Shown one piece after another: positions 32,436 through 40,780 of a stretch of DNA of 64,000 nucleotides. Both the position numbers and the translations under genes were made by a program. The notes under the pieces are model-generated. The model was not told where the DNA came from, did no database searches, and saw only the letters and a program-made list of their open reading frames with translations. This DNA is from Escherichia phage FL31. Every line of letters begins with the position of its first letter. Position 1 is the stretch's first letter. Location: sequence record PP400782; one strand, 5' to 3'.

Positions 32436-33095
32436 ATGGCAGCACCAAAAGTATCATTTTCGCCTAGTGATATTTTATTTGGGTTGCTAGACCGCATTTT
32501 CAAAGATAACGCCTCTGGAAATATTCTTATTTCCAGAGTTGCTGTTGTAGTTCTTTTGTTCCTAATGGCACTAATATGGTACAAAGGGAATATTTTTATG
32601 GATTATTACGTGAGGTCGAAATATGATACTTACACAGAAGTAATTCAAAAAGAAAGAAATACACGATTTGAATCTGCGGCTTTAGAACAACTACAAATAG
32701 TCCACGTCACATCAAGGGCGGATTTTAGTTCGGTGTATTCTTTCAGACCTAAAAATCTAAATTATTTCGTCGACCTTATTGCGTATGAAGGTAAGTTACC
32801 TAGCACAGTAACTGAAAAATCTATGGGAGGATTTCCTGTCGATAAAACGACAGCAGAATATTCGGTCCATTTAAGTGGACTTCACTTTACTTCTAAAACA
32901 GATTTTGCTTTCTTACCTACCAAATCAAAAACTCCGGAACTGGCATATATGTATAGTTGTCCTTACTTCAATTTGGATAACATATATGCTGGAACTGTTT
33001 CTATGTATTGGTATAAGGGGTCAGATGTGTTAAATGAAGAACGCTTGGCCGCAATATGCAACCAAGCTGCAAGGATATTAGGGCGGGCTAAATAA
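32436..33095 (+). CDS. t: holin / lysis inhibition sensor T
   Basis: MAAPKVSFSPSDILFGLLDRIFKDNASG...RVAVVVLLFLMALIWY...CNQAARILGRAK matches T4 holin; SD GGGAGG; late promoter 32409-32416. Confidence 0.95.
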   Translation: MAAPKVSFSPSDILFGLLDRIFKDNASGNILISRVAVVVLLFLMALIWYKGNIFMDYYVRSKYDTYTEVIQKERNTRFESAALEQLQIVHVTSRADFSSVYSFRPKNLNYFVDLIAYEGKLPSTVTEKSMGGFPVDKTTAEYSVHLSGLHFTSKTDFAFLPTKSKTPELAYMYSCPYFNLDNIYAGTVSMYWYKGSDVLNEERLAAICNQAARILGRAK

Positions 33096-33368
33096 TTAGT
33101 TGTTAGAATACATCGTCAAATGGCGATAAATATTTTCAAAACCTTCATTGAATTCACTAATCAGTGTTTTCTTTTCTTCGGCAGTTAAATTTGTAATTAG
33201 TTTTCTGAACGAATTCTGATTTAGCTGCCGACCATCTTTTTTAATTCCAATCTCATTCAAGAATCCGATGAAATTTGCTCGGTCTTCAACAATATCTTCC
33301 CTCGAGAATTTAATCAAAATAGAAGCAACCGTAATAATTTCACGTACAATTTCAATATCTTTATTCAT
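33096..33368 (-). CDS. asiA: anti-sigma70 protein AsiA
   Basis: 90 aa; MNKDIEIVREIITVASILIKFSREDIVEDRANFIGFLNEIGIK matches T4 AsiA. Confidence 0.92.
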   Translation of the reverse strand: MNKDIEIVREIITVASILIKFSREDIVEDRANFIGFLNEIGIKKDGRQLNQNSFRKLITNLTAEEKKTLISEFNEGFENIYRHLTMYSNN

Positions 33369-33414
33369 AACGTTTTATTCATTCCATTTGGTTGATATGA
33401 GTATAGTACCATTA

Positions 33415-33576
33415 TCAGTGTTGATTGTAAACAGCTTTTTCTACACTTTTAACGTAATCAGTGTAGTCTTCCTGTTCATACGAGTGTAAGGCCAAGAACG
33501 TGGCTAATAGTTCATTATAGACTAAAGCCTCACGCTCACGTTCTGCCTCTACTACGTTCTGAAGATTATGGCTCAT
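33415..33576 (-). CDS. hypothetical small protein (53 aa)
   Basis: ORF track, start moved to internal ATG to avoid overlap. Confidence 0.35.
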   Translation of the reverse strand: MSHNLQNVVEAEREREALVYNELLATFLALHSYEQEDYTDYVKSVEKAVYNQH

Positions 33577-33577
33577 A

Positions 33578-33865
33578 TCATTCCTTATAACTATCAATGT
33601 AGTCCTGTATGTCAAAGAATGACATTTCATATTCTAGGACATTAAGAGCCCGTTCTTCAGTATAGTCAGAACCAAATACGATAGTGATTTCACCAGGCTT
33701 CATATGATTGAAATCGACACTAAAAGGAATACGAGAACATACTTCGTCTGCCATATCTGCAACAACACTACGATATACTTCTCGGTTAACCTGATAAAGC
33801 TCTGCAAGTTCTTCGCAACGAATAACAAGTTCAGTGGCAGGATTTTCTTTTATTTTAGTAAGCAT
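33578..33865 (-). CDS. acidic small protein (95 aa), possible Arn-like anti-restriction protein
   Basis: About 20 acidic versus 9 basic residues; T4 arn (92 aa) lies in this interval; no sequence-level confirmation. Confidence 0.45.
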   Translation of the reverse strand: MLTKIKENPATELVIRCEELAELYQVNREVYRSVVADMADEVCSRIPFSVDFNHMKPGEITIVFGSDYTEERALNVLEYEMSFFDIQDYIDSYKE

Positions 33866-33939
33866 AGTCTTTACCCTTATGTTTTTGTTTACGTTTAGAT
33901 TGAAGTTCTGATTTCTTCTTGTCCTTATGGACAGAAGCC

Positions 33940-34167
33940 TTATTGAAATCGTGTTTTGCTACAAGATTGTTCATAATGATTTATAACCTCATTTAAACAT
34001 TTATCGGTAAAAGAAAACTTTTTAGCCACAGAACATTCGATGATGTGTTCTTTCAAATCTTTAGAGTCAGTATAACCCATCTCAGTAATAAAGTGGCGAA
34101 TTAAAGCTTTATTCTTATCATTAACAGAATTAAAATAATCTGCTTTAGAATCAATTATTCTCATCAT
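33940..34167 (-). CDS. hypothetical protein (75 aa)
   Basis: ORF track. Confidence 0.45.
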   Translation of the reverse strand: MMRIIDSKADYFNSVNDKNKALIRHFITEMGYTDSKDLKEHIIECSVAKKFSFTDKCLNEVINHYEQSCSKTRFQ

Positions 34168-34432
34168 CTAATTTCCTTAATTGATATTGCAACGAGCTAA
34201 TAATTTCTTCGTTCATTTTAATATACATGTCGCGCAAGAAAGGTTTTAACCCATCACGAATAATTGCCAACGTATCACCTTTACATAAATTAACCAAATA
34301 AGGATGATCTAAAGCATCCCAACCCGGCTGATTAGCATACATACCATAGTTTTCTTCCATCATATGATTAAGACGTTTGATATCTTGGATACGTGATTCA
34401 ATAGCATCTTTCTGGAGTTGTTTAATATTCAT
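34151..34432 (-). CDS. hypothetical protein (93 aa)
   Basis: ORF track. Confidence 0.45.
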   Translation of the reverse strand: MNIKQLQKDAIESRIQDIKRLNHMMEENYGMYANQPGWDALDHPYLVNLCKGDTLAIIRDGLKPFLRDMYIKMNEEIISSLQYQLRKLDDENN

Positions 34433-34893
34433 TAATAAAGGTCCTCTGAATAAAGTTCTTTCTCACTTCCACCACGTTCAATATGTACCTGTCCAGCATA
34501 CGTTGCAATAATCATTGCTTCTTCACGAGTCCAGTAATTAGAGTATTGGTCGATAAAGCCTTGGTCATCGCCACAAACTTGTTGCGAGACTAATTGAGGA
34601 CCAACTATATCAAGTACTTCAGCCATATCTTTAGAGTAATGACGAACTCCAGGAATAACCAGAGTTCCACCGCTCTTCAATTTAAACCTATTAGCTGCAC
34701 ATACTATAACACGTTGAACTTTTTGGTCATTATTCCAATAGCACGTTTGCCAACAGATTTCAGGAACTTCATTCATTATATCATCAGCAGAATAATTATA
34801 ACCGTAGGACTGGAATTTTTCTGCTAGACTTTCAGGAGTCTCACGAGACAAGGCCAAATCTAATAGCTCTAAACGTTCTTTAAATGATTTCAT
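34432..34893 (-). CDS. hypothetical protein (153 aa)
   Basis: ORF track; conserved-looking blocks [34 protein letters not shown]; function unknown. Confidence 0.5.
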   Translation of the reverse strand: MKSFKERLELLDLALSRETPESLAEKFQSYGYNYSADDIMNEVPEICWQTCYWNNDQKVQRVIVCAANRFKLKSGGTLVIPGVRHYSKDMAEVLDIVGPQLVSQQVCGDDQGFIDQYSNYWTREEAMIIATYAGQVHIERGGSEKELYSEDLY

Positions 34894-35219
34894 TTAAACC
34901 ATTCCTTAATACGTTGCCAAATAGATTTTTGTGCTTGTTTATTTACACCAATCGAACGAATAACCGGTTGTGACTGCTGGTATTCTTTGTAATCTTCTTT
35001 ATAGATTTCGTAAGGTGCATCAACAAATGAACTGATCGCTGCCATGTAGTTTTTACGAAGGCCAAATGGCGCGTCATTATTTTCACGAATAACCGTATAT
35101 TGGCCTGCTTTAATCTTTACAATTGTCCCTAAATAAGCCCCGTGGTACCAAATATCCCATCCTTCCTGAGTAGGTTCTGCACATTTACGAAGTTCGTTAA
35201 TAATATTCAGCTTATTCAT
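34890..35219 (-). CDS. hypothetical protein (109 aa)
   Basis: ORF track; 4-nt overlap with upstream gene. Confidence 0.5.
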   Translation of the reverse strand: MNKLNIINELRKCAEPTQEGWDIWYHGAYLGTIVKIKAGQYTVIRENNDAPFGLRKNYMAAISSFVDAPYEIYKEDYKEYQQSQPVIRSIGVNKQAQKSIWQRIKEWFK

Positions 35220-35229
35220 TATGTATTCC

Positions 35230-35862
35230 TCACAGTACGTTAGTTACAAGGGTAATGATTTCTTTGGACACATTAGGGAAGTCAATGTAAGTATATTTAC
35301 CACCGATCTTAATCTTAACATCATTTTCAAGAGAAGTAAACAGCTTTGATTCAGTTTCTGACATGTTGTATGCAAAGATTCTAAGAGCGCCATCTCGACG
35401 AATTTCGATCTGACGAATACCTAGAACTCGTTTTGCAAATCGAACTTCCAAGTTACTACGGTTTTCACCAATTTCCTTAACTTCAACTTTATCTTTAATA
35501 TTTTCAAAAACAAAGTTTGCTAGTTCATGCATTTCAGGAGTAACTCCACGTGCTTTTCTAGTGTTACGTTTCTGAAGAAGTTCTGGAGCATTTTCTTGAG
35601 CAAATAGGTCTGCAGCTTTTTGGATAATATTCATTGCTTCGCCTGTTGCTACAAGTCCATCACCAGATTTTTCGACTAAACCTTTCTTAATCAATACACC
35701 AATGTTAGAGTTAACAACCGATGCATTGTATTCTGCTTCCAGAGCTTCACGGACATTGGCAGCAGTGGTGAAGTTGTTCTTAATGATATAAACCATTATT
35801 GCAGCAGTTTTTTCATTCAGAACGTTTTCAGAAGCTTTGATGATGTAAGTAACTTTAGACAT
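35230..35862 (-). CDS. motA: middle-transcription activator MotA
   Basis: 210 aa; MSKVTYIIKASENVLNEKTAAIMVYIIKNNFTTAANVRE...NSNIGVLIKKGLVEKSGDGL matches T4 MotA. Confidence 0.88.
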   Translation of the reverse strand: MSKVTYIIKASENVLNEKTAAIMVYIIKNNFTTAANVREALEAEYNASVVNSNIGVLIKKGLVEKSGDGLVATGEAMNIIQKAADLFAQENAPELLQKRNTRKARGVTPEMHELANFVFENIKDKVEVKEIGENRSNLEVRFAKRVLGIRQIEIRRDGALRIFAYNMSETESKLFTSLENDVKIKIGGKYTYIDFPNVSKEIITLVTNVL

Positions 35863-35892
35863 TTTATTTCTCCAATTTGGTTGTTTTGTTTT

Positions 35893-35930
35893 GATAGGTC
35901 TATAATATCATGTTTGAAGCACATGTAAAC
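35893..35930 (-). promoter_or_regulatory. early-type promoter (GTTTAC ... TATTAT) upstream of motA
   Basis: Minus-strand read; directly downstream of gene 52 terminator. Confidence 0.5.
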
Positions 35931-35955
35931 TGTTTTGTGAGAAAAATGCACAAAA

Positions 35956-35971
35956 GGGAGCCGAAGCTCCC
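35956..35971 (-). terminator. intrinsic terminator after gene 52
   Basis: GGGAGC-UUCG-GCUCCC then UUUUGUG. Confidence 0.6.
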
Positions 35972-36047
35972 TAATCATGTTTGTCCAACCAATACAGCCA
36001 AATCACTAGTGCAGCTATTGCACCGAGAAATCCTAAGGCTAGGGCAC

Positions 36048-37373
36048 TCAAAGTGCCTCCAAGTCTTTAGTGTACTCTGTCACAACATCAGTAGACTTCC
36101 AATACTCATTTTCTTCTTTCTTAGCTTTAGCTTCTTCTGCCAGTTTACGTGCTTCATCGGAAGTGATATGGAAGATATTAAGACCTACCAGTTTATCGAC
36201 ATGTTCTTTATACATTTCGATTTGTGCTAGCTCTTCAGTCAAAGCTTTACGGGTCTTGCCTTGAATCACAATTTCACCGTTGATAACTTTTTTGATGAAG
36301 TGTGCCTTAGCAAAAGCCAGTTTAAATGCTTTTTCAGATTCAAGGATTTTGTTATCAATACGTTTCTGAACGTAAGTCTTACGGACTTCAACAAAATCTT
36401 TGATTAAGTCCACTACGTTATCGTAGACCGCTAATTTACCCTTTTCATTAATCACTGTGATGTTTTGTGAACGACGTTCGATGAGACTAAAATCTTTCAT
36501 GATTTTTTCATGACGTAGCTCTTCATCATCAGGAAGCGAGTACTCTTTACGGAACTTCACCTTAAACCCAAAGCCGTGTTCACCGCAATCATCTTCCCAT
36601 GAGATTAGACCTTTGTCTTCCAACGGGTCAAGAACCTTACTCACATACGTTTCACGGTCGAATTTATATGGGATTTCAGTTATCTGCATTTGAGTGCGAG
36701 ATGTGAACTTATATGTTCCGTGAATCTCATAACGCCCATCAACTTCATGTACTTCGCCATGGAATTCCGGGAATTCAACTTTTGGCTTAGTGACATTTTT
36801 ACCTTGAAGAGCTTGTAATACAGCCTTTTTGACTGATTTAAAACTATGAGGCAGAATATTTGTTGCGTAACCGGTTGCAATACCAGATACACCATTCAAA
36901 AGAACTGTCGGAATAATAGGAAGATAGAATTTTGGCGGAATGTGTTCTTTATCTTCATGAGCTGGAGCATATTCAGTATCTTTATATACGTTATAGAAAT
37001 TTTTACTTACACGAGCAAAAATATAACGAGATGCTGCAGCCTTTTGGACTGTTCTAGAACCAAAGTTGCCTTGGCCATCTAACAGTGGATAGTTGTTATT
37101 CCATGTGTTAGCCATCAATGCACCTGCATCTTGTGCAGAAGATTCACCATGGTGATAACCTAAATCTGCAACACCTCCTGCAATTGACGCAAGTTTATGA
37201 AATTTTTCTTTATTACCACGAGCCAAATCTAATGCACGATGAACCACAAAACGTTGAACCGGCTTAAATCCATCAATCATGTTCGGGATTGCACGGTTTT
37301 CAACGGTGTACATCGCATATGCTAAGGCTTCGTTATCAATAATACTTTTTAGATTACGAGAATTCAATTGCAT
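36048..37373 (-). CDS. 52: DNA topoisomerase II medium subunit gp52 (GyrA-like)
   Basis: 441 aa; ALAYAMYTVENRAIPNMIDGFKPVQRFVVHRAL... matches T4 gp52. Confidence 0.92.
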   Translation of the reverse strand: MQLNSRNLKSIIDNEALAYAMYTVENRAIPNMIDGFKPVQRFVVHRALDLARGNKEKFHKLASIAGGVADLGYHHGESSAQDAGALMANTWNNNYPLLDGQGNFGSRTVQKAAASRYIFARVSKNFYNVYKDTEYAPAHEDKEHIPPKFYLPIIPTVLLNGVSGIATGYATNILPHSFKSVKKAVLQALQGKNVTKPKVEFPEFHGEVHEVDGRYEIHGTYKFTSRTQMQITEIPYKFDRETYVSKVLDPLEDKGLISWEDDCGEHGFGFKVKFRKEYSLPDDEELRHEKIMKDFSLIERRSQNITVINEKGKLAVYDNVVDLIKDFVEVRKTYVQKRIDNKILESEKAFKLAFAKAHFIKKVINGEIVIQGKTRKALTEELAQIEMYKEHVDKLVGLNIFHITSDEARKLAEEAKAKKEENEYWKSTDVVTEYTKDLEAL

Positions 37374-37377
37374 ATTT

Positions 37378-37518
37378 TCACCATATTAATGAATGAATAA
37401 CCATTATAACATCTGAAATGAAAAGCACTACTTGGACTAGTCCAAACATCACACCATAGTACAGAACCGTAAGCAACAACAAGAGCCCGAAGGCTCCTGC
37501 TAAGATTTTCTTAATCAT
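37378..37518 (-). CDS. small hydrophobic membrane protein (46 aa)
   Basis: Hand translation MIKKILAGAFGLLLLLTVLYYGVMFGLVQVVLFISDVIMVIHSLIW; start overlaps upstream stop. Confidence 0.4.
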   Translation of the reverse strand: MIKKILAGAFGLLLLLTVLYYGVMFGLVQVVLFISDVIMVIHSLIW

Positions 37519-37664
37519 TACTCGCCTTTTAACACGTTAAGAAGAGCTAAGACCGCTAAGGTACCTTGTGATATGGCCTGTTGAAATACTGTTGTTTCGC
37601 CTGTAACTAAAGTGTTAACGAATAAAAACGACCAACACAGCAATGCAATAATCCATGCTACCAT
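37518..37664 (-). CDS. small hydrophobic membrane protein (48 aa), possibly ac-like
   Basis: Hand translation MVAWIIALLCWSFLFVNTLVTGETTVFQQAISQGTLAVLALLNVLKGE; SD GAGGT upstream. Confidence 0.4.
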   Translation of the reverse strand: MVAWIIALLCWSFLFVNTLVTGETTVFQQAISQGTLAVLALLNVLKGE

Positions 37665-37716
37665 TTTAATTACCTCAAAAATAAATTAAAGGCCTAACTT
37701 AATAGGCCTGTATAAA

Positions 37717-38163
37717 TTAATAACTCTGCAGAATGAATTTGAAATTATCTGCCAGAAGACGGTTCATTTCAGTGAGTGTTTGATATTCTGATGTATGGTT
37801 GCGAGTGAATGCCAGAGCCAATTGACCTTTACCATAACCAGTGGTCAGTGGTTTCATGTTCTTAGCTGCAACAAAGATTACATCATATTCAATATTGTTA
37901 GTGCCCATGGTACGGGCTAGTTGCGAACGGCCTTGACGAATGTGAGAAAGAATTGCATCCAACCCTTGTTTAGAACGTTGACGTCCTACAAAGAACCGTG
38001 CTGCTACTTGTCGCCAATCGGATGAACCTTTAACAAAGAAGTAAAAACCTTCACGAGAACGAAACTCTTTAGAAACTTCGGAACCGTATTCGCCATTACG
38101 AACTACTGCAACAACTTCACCGCCAACTGCCAGAAGGTCTTTACGAGTTAAATATTTGGACAT
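37717..38163 (-). CDS. ndd: nucleoid disruption protein Ndd
   Basis: 148 aa; [30 protein letters not shown]...[40 protein letters not shown] matches recalled T4 Ndd. Confidence 0.65.
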   Translation of the reverse strand: MSKYLTRKDLLAVGGEVVAVVRNGEYGSEVSKEFRSREGFYFFVKGSSDWRQVAARFFVGRQRSKQGLDAILSHIRQGRSQLARTMGTNNIEYDVIFVAAKNMKPLTTGYGKGQLALAFTRNHTSEYQTLTEMNRLLADNFKFILQSY

Positions 38164-38199
38164 GCTAATTTCCTCAATTGATTAATGTTTTTGTAATCC

Positions 38200-38237
38200 A
38201 TGAGAGCATTATACTCTGCTCTCAAGAGTTTGTACAA
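38200..38237 (-). promoter_or_regulatory. early-type promoter (TTGTAC ... TATAAT) upstream of ndd
   Basis: Minus-strand read; inverted repeat GAGAGCA/TGCTCTC flanks -10. Confidence 0.5.
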
Positions 38238-38239
38238 TT

Positions 38240-38440
38240 TTATTCGGCCATATCAGAACGTTCAAAAAGCTCTTCAACAGTTAAACATTCAGTGTCATCT
38301 TCAATAAAGAATCGAGTCCAACACGTTGGGGCGATACAGTTATGAGTTTGTCCGGCGATAGAAGCTACACGAATAAGCTGCTGACCATTATTCAGAACAA
38401 ATTTTTCACCAATTTCAACATCTTTAAAAAGCTTAGCCAT
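38240..38440 (-). CDS. hypothetical protein (66 aa)
   Basis: ORF track; promoter 38463-38498 upstream. Confidence 0.45.
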   Translation of the reverse strand: MAKLFKDVEIGEKFVLNNGQQLIRVASIAGQTHNCIAPTCWTRFFIEDDTECLTVEELFERSDMAE

Positions 38441-38462
38441 TTTGTGTTCCTCATGTTTCAGT

Positions 38463-38498
38463 AAGACTACTATACCATAATCCTACCGTGATGTAAAC
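38463..38498 (-). promoter_or_regulatory. early-type promoter (GTTTAC ... TATAGT)
   Basis: Minus-strand read. Confidence 0.45.
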
Positions 38499-38690
38499 AA
38501 TTAAATTACATTAAAATATGTTAAAGCCAACCATGTTCCAGTGAACGAACATGCAATGTAAAAAACCGTATCACAAATTGTTCTTAGTACAATAAGAAGT
38601 GCATTTTTCATAAGTACCTCAACACAATTGAAAATATTATACAAATCATTGGGATACTAAGCAACCATATTCCTATCCACATTTTAGAGC

Positions 38691-38954
38691 TCATATCTCA
38701 ACTTCCGCGAGTTCCATATATCCTTTGTTGATAACCTCTTTAAGGTCTTTAGAAAGGATAACACTAAAATGGTCGTTCATATGTCCGTTAACTAAACGAG
38801 TTATTTCGGCTTCAGATGACATATAAGGCACGTCTGAGTCCCAGTGAGATAGTCCCAAATGGGTATAAATCATCCCTTCGTCATCTGCGGTGTTGTACAT
38901 TGAAACAAATTCGCCTGTTACTTTATGTTTTGCGTAGAAAAATTTAAATTTCAT
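38691..38954 (-). CDS. hypothetical protein (87 aa)
   Basis: ORF track; promoter 38971-39010 upstream. Confidence 0.45.
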   Translation of the reverse strand: MKFKFFYAKHKVTGEFVSMYNTADDEGMIYTHLGLSHWDSDVPYMSSEAEITRLVNGHMNDHFSVILSKDLKEVINKGYMELAEVEI

Positions 38955-38970
38955 GATGTTATCCTCTTTT

Positions 38971-39010
38971 AGATAGGACTACTATATCATAGTCCTACTT
39001 AGTTGTAAAC
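38971..39010 (-). promoter_or_regulatory. early-type promoter (GTTTAC ... TATAGT)
   Basis: Minus-strand read; inverted repeat TAGGACTA/TAGTCCTA flanks -10. Confidence 0.5.
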
Positions 39011-39022
39011 ACTTTTATGAAA

Positions 39023-39580
39023 TTAAAGATGAAGATACCACCCGTTGTAGTTGCTCTTGCGGACGATTTTCTTTAGGTCTTCATGGTCTCCCACGAACTT
39101 TATAGAATAAGAGAAGACGTCAGGTGAGGTTTCTTTGACATCTAATATAATAATACAATCTGCGACTCGATGATTCAAGAAGGGCCCTATGTTGATTCCG
39201 TTGCCACCCGGATAATCACCACCGTATCCTGTGGTAACCGAAATCCATTTCGAATCCATCTGATGGGTCTTTACTTCTACGCGTAGACCACAGTACTTAG
39301 GATGAGCTAAAACGTCCCATGCATACGTGTACGGGTCTTCTACGTCTTCATTACCTTTATTAACATATCCGTCTAGCCAATTTGCTACTACATACTCTGC
39401 AAAGACTGCAACCTTACAACGTCGAACAACGTCTTCTTTTATTTGACCTGGATCTTGTTTCAACGAGTACCGAGCAGTATCAGCAATCTTAACCTTCATT
39501 TCGCTAGTCAAAAACTCATTCGACAGGATAAATGTCGGAAGACTCTTCAGCCTCAACAGTCCCAAGTTCGTCTTTACCAT
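39023..39580 (-). CDS. denB: possible endonuclease IV (DenB)
   Basis: Assigned by position (two genes from rIIB) and size (185 aa from internal ATG); no catalytic motif recognised. Confidence 0.35.
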   Translation of the reverse strand: MVKTNLGLLRLKSLPTFILSNEFLTSEMKVKIADTARYSLKQDPGQIKEDVVRRCKVAVFAEYVVANWLDGYVNKGNEDVEDPYTYAWDVLAHPKYCGLRVEVKTHQMDSKWISVTTGYGGDYPGGNGINIGPFLNHRVADCIIILDVKETSPDVFSYSIKFVGDHEDLKKIVRKSNYNGWYLHL

Positions 39581-39803
39581 AGATACCTCTGATGTGTAGT
39601 TCGCCAAAATAAATGCGGTCACCTTCTTCAAGATATTCAGCATCTACCGGTGGGATTTCAATAACAACTTCGTCGCATTCTAACCAGCCGTAGTGTGCAT
39701 CACCAGGATGTTTTACCAATTTAGCACAATAAACTGATTTACACTTATGATGACCACGAAGATTAGCAATTTTGGATTCTGATACGTCAAATGGATGAAT
39801 CAT
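39516..39803 (-). CDS. hypothetical protein (95 aa)
   Basis: ORF track; Cys/His-containing; adjacent to rIIB. Confidence 0.4.
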   Translation of the reverse strand: MIHPFDVSESKIANLRGHHKCKSVYCAKLVKHPGDAHYGWLECDEVVIEIPPVDAEYLEEGDRIYFGELHIRGIYGKDELGTVEAEESSDIYPVE

Positions 39804-39823
39804 AATTACCCCTAAAGAAAAAA

Positions 39824-39839
39824 GGGGACCGAAGTCCCC
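39824..39839 (-). terminator. intrinsic terminator after rIIB
   Basis: GGGGAC-UUCG-GUCCCC then UUUUUUCUUU. Confidence 0.65.
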
Positions 39840-39844
39840 AATTA

Positions 39845-40771
39845 TTATTCTGCAAATAATTCAGTAACGTCTGAAATTACTTCGTAACGACAAGTACGCA
39901 TCTTAGCATCGCCATAGTCAACTGGGATAGATACAACATCACGTGGATGAACTTTAACTTTCACAACTTTATCTGAGCTTGAACCAAAGTGGCGAATATA
40001 AGATTTAGCACAAACGTGGAGACCGCGAGAACAGGTTTGAGTATCATCGTCGTTAACTCGAGTACGAGGCATTGAAACAACTTTACCTGGGGAGTTATCA
40101 AATGTACCACTATAGCAGTCTAAATAGTCCTTACGAACTACTTTCCACGCATAGAAATGACCATCTTCAGTGATTTCAATATCGTTTGCAACCAAGAAGT
40201 CGAATAAACGTTGTACAGCTTTTTCGCTTGGGTTTTCTAACAGGTTTTCAAGGAATGGCAGATAGAATTTAAAGTCTTCGCCTTTTTCCATAGAATCAAT
40301 AATACGATTAACCAGGCCAGAACGAATCTCTATACCTTGATAAAATAAACTACCACCTTCAATAACAACATTACCGTCAACAAACTTACTAATAGCTTTC
40401 TTGATGTTAATAAGTTCGACAGCTTTACTAAGGTTTCCTGCGACCAGATTAGCTTTAATTTCTTCAAAATTTGCATGACTTGATGGAGTCGCATTGTATG
40501 CTACGCGTCCTTCAATAATTGAAATAAATTTAGATGACGCATTCCATACGATTTCAGGACGATGGCCGCCGATAATAGGTTCATCATTTTCTGGAACTTC
40601 TTCAACTTTCGAAGTCTCATCTTCGGCTTTAAAATTCTTAACAATCTTACGAAGAGTATCTGTTGAAATGTCAAAGTAATCGGCAATTTCTTTACGGGTC
40701 CATTTGCCTGATTCAACCAGGCCGTAAGCTTCTAACTGTTCTTCTTGGGACAAGCATTTGATATTGTACAT
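39845..40771 (-). CDS. rIIB: rIIB protein
   Basis: 308 aa; MYNIKCL..., FYLPFLENLLENPSEKAVQRLFDFLVANDIEITEDGHFYAWKVV, MPRTRVNDDDTQTCSRGLHVC match T4 rIIB. Confidence 0.92.
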   Translation of the reverse strand: MYNIKCLSQEEQLEAYGLVESGKWTRKEIADYFDISTDTLRKIVKNFKAEDETSKVEEVPENDEPIIGGHRPEIVWNASSKFISIIEGRVAYNATPSSHANFEEIKANLVAGNLSKAVELINIKKAISKFVDGNVVIEGGSLFYQGIEIRSGLVNRIIDSMEKGEDFKFYLPFLENLLENPSEKAVQRLFDFLVANDIEITEDGHFYAWKVVRKDYLDCYSGTFDNSPGKVVSMPRTRVNDDDTQTCSRGLHVCAKSYIRHFGSSSDKVVKVKVHPRDVVSIPVDYGDAKMRTCRYEVISDVTELFAE

Positions 40772-40780
40772 AATGTTTCC

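Noticed and set aside
37483-37496. UUCG-type hairpin GAGCC-CGAA-GGCTC
   Set aside because: Lies inside the coding sequence of the 46-aa membrane ORF with a short stem and no U tract; probably coincidental.
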